Assembly: GCA_040954595.2 (NCBI GenBank)
Contig: CM082577.2
Coordinates: 7,217,846-7,281,845 of the forward strand
Length of the DNA stretch: 64,000 bases
Direction: 5' to 3'
Source of the DNA: Balanoglossus misakiensis
Lineage: Eukaryota > Animalia > Hemichordata
Shown: positions 53,445 through 64,000 of the stretch, piece by piece
Position numbering within the stretch: the first letter of the stretch is position 1
How the letters are laid out: each line of letters begins with the position of its first letter
The notes under the pieces: generated by a model
The model's database searches: none
What the model saw: the letters and a program-made list of their open reading frames with translations, nothing else
What the model was told of the DNA's origin: nothing
Position numbers and translations under genes: made by a program

Positions 53445-55954
53445 CTCTCCGTGGAAACTACTCGCACGTACTCACACAAGCCTTCAACATAATAATAATC
53501 ATACAGTTGACTTTCACCGCATTAGCCTACCCTCGTTCGGGTATTTATTGTGAGTATTACTGTTTGGATATACATGTATTTAAGTTCTTACAGTATTCAA
53601 TAGACCACAAGTCGCATGATGTGCGTGACACAGTTGTCGCAAAACGCAAAAGCGATGTGCCGCTTTTTCACACCTTCGATGAAGACGTCAGCGCGGTTCC
53701 TTTCATCGTAATTACGTGGGCAGTTGTCCGTGGGCAAAAGTCCTGCAGTGCGGAGGCAGTTGGCCTACTTGAACCCCCATCAACGCTAACGCCTCTTCTT
53801 GTTTACGTAAAAGCAAATGGAGCATGAAGCGCCTGGATGGGTATAATTATTTGAGGAGAAAGCAACAGTCGATTGTAAAAGTAGATTCGTATATGTTGCG
53901 GAACGAGTGCGCGCGCAGCCTATAGAAGAGAATAGTACTCGTCAACATCTTTAAAAAATTGGTCATTTTTATAGGAATAGTGAGACTTACAGAACTGTTT
54001 GATAATTTCAAGTTATCAAATCACACAACTTAACGCTAAACAGCGTCAAGTAACGATTCTGTCCCACGCAATCGGCACGGCAGTCTTCGGTCATTAATTT
54101 TAACGAGTGATAAATACACAATGGCTAAAATTCAGTTCCTGCTCCGTGGATAAAGATGATTTTCGTAACATTTGTAATTTGCTATCGACCTCGAGACAGT
54201 TTCTCTTGAACTACCTACCGTCCACAGTGCCAGTGCAGAAGACATTAGTTAAATTGAAACAGTTATCAGGATAATAATTGGTGTCGTTGCATCCCAAGAG
54301 GTGGTAACGCGGCCGACATTCTTTTCTTTATTTCCCAAGAGATGATAAAACGCTTCATATTCTGTCAATCAAATAGATTTAAATTAAACCGTGATTTCGT
54401 ACGTTTTGTCGGCGGCAATTTACTTCGTGCGGCAGGTGAAATATTCAGCTGGAGCTTCCACGCGGCGTTTGATATCGGGAAAGTCATCGTGGCGTTTATA
54501 CACACTGTTTATTGGGAAACCTATTCATCAAACCTGTCAAATAGGAAACGAAAATGTTTACGATGCTGTCCCAACAAAGCAAACAGTCGGCTTGTAATCT
54601 GTTATGACATGCATGTTGTTGTCATGGAGCGACCGTGACCTTCTGAACCAGACTGGAGAAAAAAATGCTCGCGTATTAACGCTAAGATGCCTTGTCATCT
54701 GTACTCAATCATGTTCGGTTTGCAAAGACTGACATATGCTATATATTCGTTTTTTTCTTCTTCTCATTTTTGGACAAGCCGTTGCTTTCGTCCTACAAAT
54801 AGTCATTCTGCATTTTGCTAGTAATTCACACAGTGCTGTCATATGATAGCTGCGGAAACTTGCAAACGAATTGTAACGCATGTCACTCTCGTGACGTGTG
54901 GAGGCTTGTATACATTGTAGCCGTGTATCTGTGGGCGATAATATCACTAAAAACCCGCTAAGCCCAATCCGCGTTCCGCACTCTTCCTTTGCGCTGGGGG
55001 GATAGAATTCTGAGTCAGAAAAAAATGATCAATAGCTCTCCATTAAAGGTGAATGGCATGATAAAATGCCGATAGTGGCACTCTCGGAGAAAATAAGTAA
55101 AATGCACATTCTCTAAATCACGGAGAAGGGGGTATTTTTTCATCACCACGATCAATGGAAAGAAGAAATAATTAGCCCAGGGGCACTGGAGGCTTTTTGA
55201 CAAATATGTATGGTGACTGAAAACTTTGCAGAGGAATACAGTGGTTGACAACATATCTCCGGGAAATACCACAGGTTCATATCAGTGGCGGACGCGCGCA
55301 CAATACCAGAACTATCTGCATGAAATAAATGATGATGAACTCTATTTGTCAAATGTTACTTCAAAATTCATGAACAAATTTACCCACTACTAGTACATGT
55401 GTATGCTATATACAAACTTCGTAAGCTGATGTACTGCTTTGTGTTGTTGAGATACCTATCTGGGCCCACTCTAAATGTATCTAGGTAATTCTGTACATTC
55501 AACCTTTCTTGCTGTGGTGGCTTAGGCAAATAAATCAACAATTTGTCGTCATGTAAAAGTAAAGTAAGACATTAGGCGACAAATTAAACAGAATTGTTGA
55601 CTTTGATAAGATTGATACCCAACTGGCAAAATCGGAACAAACATGCCAGCAATGCAAATTCAAGTTGGCGTGACGTCATGCCGTTTCTTGGATCCCGCCG
55701 ATTGTAATGTTTGAATGTTGTATTTTCTTTACAGGATTGGTGATTTTTGTGTGCGATGCACGGCGGTTTAATCAACGACATGGCGTGTATGACGAGTCAC
55801 TCAGAACATTGCTAATGGCCGCAAAAAACGAATGGCACGCGTTCCATCTCATCTGGCCTTCGTGCAACAACAACCTTGTACTTTGAAAGTTGGTATCGTC
55901 ACATCCGAGAGCCAGGAGGCATTTAGCTGACCTTTTTGCTTTATATTACCCCTG

Positions 55955-56071
55955 GCACCGATTTGTAATTTCGAAATGGTGCATCAATTTTGTTTTTAAA
56001 AAAACGTCAAATTTGCACCGATTTGTAATTTCGAAATGGTGCGTCAATTTCCAAAGAAACGTCACATTTGC
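55955..56071. repeat. 60-bp-period tandem duplication, each unit with an internal inverted repeat
   Basis: GCACCGATTTGTAATTTCGAAATGGTGC at 55955 and 56015, each followed by a similar tcaattt...aaacgtca tail. Confidence 0.85.
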
Positions 56072-58000
56072 CCCACAAGCCGTATTCATGGCAACGGTTA
56101 TGGCCACGCTGTGCCTTCCTCTTCAAGCAATCCGGAGATGAATACTAAAGACTGTGTTTCATAATTTAAAAGTTTAAAAACCCAAGTCGTTCATCTCGTC
56201 AGTGAATTATTAATCATCTGCTTGAAAATACATGTAAGCTCTCACAGCACTTATTCCAGCCTGTCTGTGGGAGAAACTGGATACTGCTCTTCAGGACATT
56301 TTAGGAGGCATCTTTTTCGGGATAATCCTGACCCCGTTTCTTCGTTAACTCCCCCATCTGCATTGAAATCGTCTGCGTGTTTTACCCTGGCAGTTAACCT
56401 ATGACACCATCAGGAAAGATTAAATTTTAGTTTTTTCGTGCATGGTTCCACAACACACTCTGCGAAGACACATACGGCATGAATACCACAAACGCTCCAA
56501 ACGTTGTGCGTGTCTAAGTAGCGACCACTTCGAAGGCAATTTTTCCGGGGGGGGGGGGGCACTTCAAATCTGTTTTTGTCATTATATCCCTGTGCACGTG
56601 AAGAAAAGCGGCCGGGTTCAGCAGCCATTTGTCGAATATTCACACACGTTTGACTCTTTCCTCGAAAATGAAAACGTGAAGTTAGATGACTCCCTTTGGT
56701 GTACGTAAGACGTGGGTGTTCAATTGTCAGCGCACGCCTTGTACTTGTATTACTTTGTCTGACGTGGTCTTTGTGTTTTTCCACACGAGCATAACCACGT
56801 GATGGCCAGACCCAAGCACAAGAAACGTCCTTCGGCAATAACGACTTGAGACATCAGCGACATTTTCAAGTGCCTCAGGAAAAAAAAATAGCGTGTTAAT
56901 AAAGAACGTTTTCAAAGTCATATACAAACTGTGTCCTGATTATTTCATGTGTATGTATAGCGCGTGTTGGGTCTTTTGCATTGCCGACATCGAGAAGGCC
57001 CATTCGTATACATTGAAAAGTACTTATTCGGAGTGATCAATATATTGAATTTTCAACTTTGTTATGACTGCTCAGATTCCTAACTGTTTTAAATACAAAC
57101 TTTTGTAAAATGAGACTGGATGTAGAACAATACAAATCGAGCAATGCAAGTTTCGGAAACTAAATGATTAAGGTATTCGTGTGTGATGTCCACGTAGAGG
57201 GCGTGATTTGAGCTGTAGCAGACGTCGTGGGCTGTGCATGCTTCAATTGACAAATAGCTTATCATACGAAGTTTAAGTAGCCAAAATTATGTAAAAAGGT
57301 TGACGACTTCGCCCTGTTACGACATTTTGTTGTGCACGCATGGTCGAGAGAAGTAGTTCTATTTGCATGACAAAAGCCTTGCATTCAAATGTGATCATTA
57401 TAATATTATTTAGCCAGGTGGTCACTGGTATAAAGGCAGTGATAGCATGCCACTCTGAACCGAGACATCGCTGGCATTCATCGGGAGACGGTCAGTATAG
57501 ATGTGCTCAGCTGATAGCGTGTCGCTTGGCTGGCTTTGCGATGACAAACTTGATAGCGGGGAAAATTGTCGCTGTCGCAGTTGTACAGATGACATTACAC
57601 GTGACTTTAATACATGTAGTTCAAAGCCCGGGTCTGGACTGCATGCAGGCACACACTCGTTAAAATCGCTCGCAACACCGTGAAAGCCGTTCGGTAATCT
57701 CGGAATCTTCTTTGATAGGACTGCCCGTACTTCGAAGCCAAATTATGATTATTTTGTTACATGCGCGCACTAAATTCCCCAGGAAGGTCATTACAGCACG
57801 ATCAGAGCTGTCTCGAGAAATTGCGTTTAGTTGCCCGCAGCGTCTTTGTCTTGTTTGGCTTTGAATCGATTTTATGGTGATGAAATGGTGACGTTCACTG
57901 ATTGTCCAACTTATCTGATCAAAGGAAATATATCAAGGTTCCAATCTGTTAGCCGGGCAAAACTAAATTAATTCTTATCGGCTGTATCGCCGGTAACAGC

Positions 58001-58038
58001 AGTGGCTAACAAGCACACTAGTGGCTAACAAGCACACT
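58001..58038. repeat. Perfect 19-bp tandem duplication
   Basis: AGTGGCTAACAAGCACACT twice. Confidence 0.9.
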
Positions 58039-59345
58039 TGTACTTTCCAGTACGATTTTGAGATAAAAAGTGGCCGTTTTTCCCATTCTCTCCTGATCTC
58101 TTATCTATCAGCGCCGTCTTTATCAGAAGATTTCTTTTTTTTATAGAAATCTGTGCGATTATAGGTTCAATGTTCTTAGTTTTCAATAGGCTTATACTCA
58201 TTACACACGCCTTTCATGTACGGGAATGGTTGAAGGTTTCTGCAGAGAAAACTGGCACCAAAACCCGTATGCAGCTCAAACAGGCAACAGGCAGAACCGA
58301 GTCACCACTGATCTCAGAGGTCAAAGAAACCATCGTCCCACCTGTTATACACAATGGCGCTTGACCTCGGTCCAGTTACAACGGGAAGCCTCGCACTATA
58401 TGAATCCGTTATTAAATCTCATCTCCTGAACTTCAAATTAATCGGACATTTAACCCTGAATATTTCGGGGTTTGATAATTTTCAAGAAAGTGGACTCCGG
58501 CCAATTACTCACTCACGTGGAATTTTCATTGAGAAAATCAACACGAGAACGATTTCATCTTATAATGTTTATTCCAGCTTCGCAAACGCAGAAAAGATCA
58601 AATAAATAACGATACCAATTAGACCCACCACCATCGTTTTCTCTGAACGCCCAAATTAGTCTTTGACAATGATATTATTCATTCCATCAAATTCCATTTG
58701 AATATTAAAACCAGAAACGATAAAGTGTACAATGTCAGATATCCATTTGGTAACATGAACAAAACCAATCGCATAAGCCCATTCTTATTACGTGGTGAAC
58801 TAACATAACTTTAACCTGAAGTAGCTTAATGAAAGTATGCATGCATTTTTGTTAATTATAGAGCTGGCCAGTGATTCTGCGGAGACGTCAGACAGCAACG
58901 TACTTCAGCGTTTCACACACAACTGAAAATTGAAAAAAAAAATATGTTACAAAAACTTATAGATGAGATATCCTTATAGGGTTACCAAGTTAGTCTAAAG
59001 TTTGGATGCATCCGACCAGAACTGCAAATATCTGTCTGACTTGCATAAATCTAGCAAACGCGTCCGTTCGTTATTGTTGAGTATATTTCTCCACACTGAA
59101 TGCATTATTTATGAAAATTGTAGCAGAAAAACAGATTGTTATTATTAAGGTGCGAAAAATACATTTCAGTAGAACAAGAAAAGTTTCTGGTATGAAGACT
59201 AGAAAATATGTGGAAGTCATGTCCGATAACTTGAAAACCAGTCTACAATGTCTGAAGGTTTCAATTACTGTTACAATTCGAAAGACAGCGAGTCACAATG
59301 TTTGAATTGAATATAAAATAAAATCCACACATTCTTGCATTTGGC

Positions 59346-63851
<4,506 letters not shown>

Positions 63852-63933
63852 CTTCGAGCAGTGTCTTGACAGCCTGTAGTGTGTATCTTCGAACTGCCGG
63901 ACCAGTCTGCCGTGGGTGAAATGTTTACCCAAA

Positions 63934-63939
63934 TTTATA
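63934..63939 (-). promoter_or_regulatory. Candidate TATA box (TATAAA) of the defensin-VWD gene
   Basis: TATAAA on the minus strand about 83 nt upstream of the ATG at 63851; spacing is compatible with a short 5' UTR. Confidence 0.4.
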
Positions 63940-64000
63940 CCCCAGCTTCCCTTATGTTGCCAGATAAGTAGCTGCCCGTCATGCAAAATCTTATAGGTAC

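Noticed and set aside
57481-57570. Faint LDL-receptor class A-like remnant (GQYRC / SLGWLCDDKLD)
   Set aside because: Needs a frameshift and lacks several Cys and the SDE motif; could be coincidence.
55955-58038. Short direct repeats considered as CRISPR-like arrays
   Set aside because: Only two copies each, no unique spacers, no cas genes, and the context is eukaryotic.

Overview
Eukaryotic (animal, probably a marine invertebrate deuterostome; inferred, not proven) intron-containing genomic DNA with six protein-coding genes that I could reconstruct exon by exon. (1) A single-coding-exon, minus-strand 1010-aa protein with a long disordered N-terminus and BTB-BTB-BACK but no Kelch repeats. 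(2) A 7-exon STUB1/CHIP on the plus strand. (3-4) Two tandem, minus-strand paralogous giant ankyrin-repeat genes (about 2318 aa and about 3500 aa) with matching exon phases, MGC lipidation-type N-termini, one or two probable beta-grasp domains and a conserved HxxxHx7CxxC motif; the downstream copy has a triplicated module of about 520 aa and a 1-nt frame break in exon 1. (5) A two-exon class A GPCR whose glycosylated N-terminus lies 8.8 kb upstream of the 7TM exon. (6) An 8-exon secreted protein: signal peptide, KR-ending propeptide, four beta-defensin-like six-Cys modules (one per phase-1 exon) and a C-terminal VWD domain. Intergenic DNA contains microsatellites, short tandem duplications and many copies of the palindrome TACATGTA. 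No rRNA, tRNA, CRISPR array or intact transposon ORF was recognised. All models are manual and unverified by RNA data or database searches.
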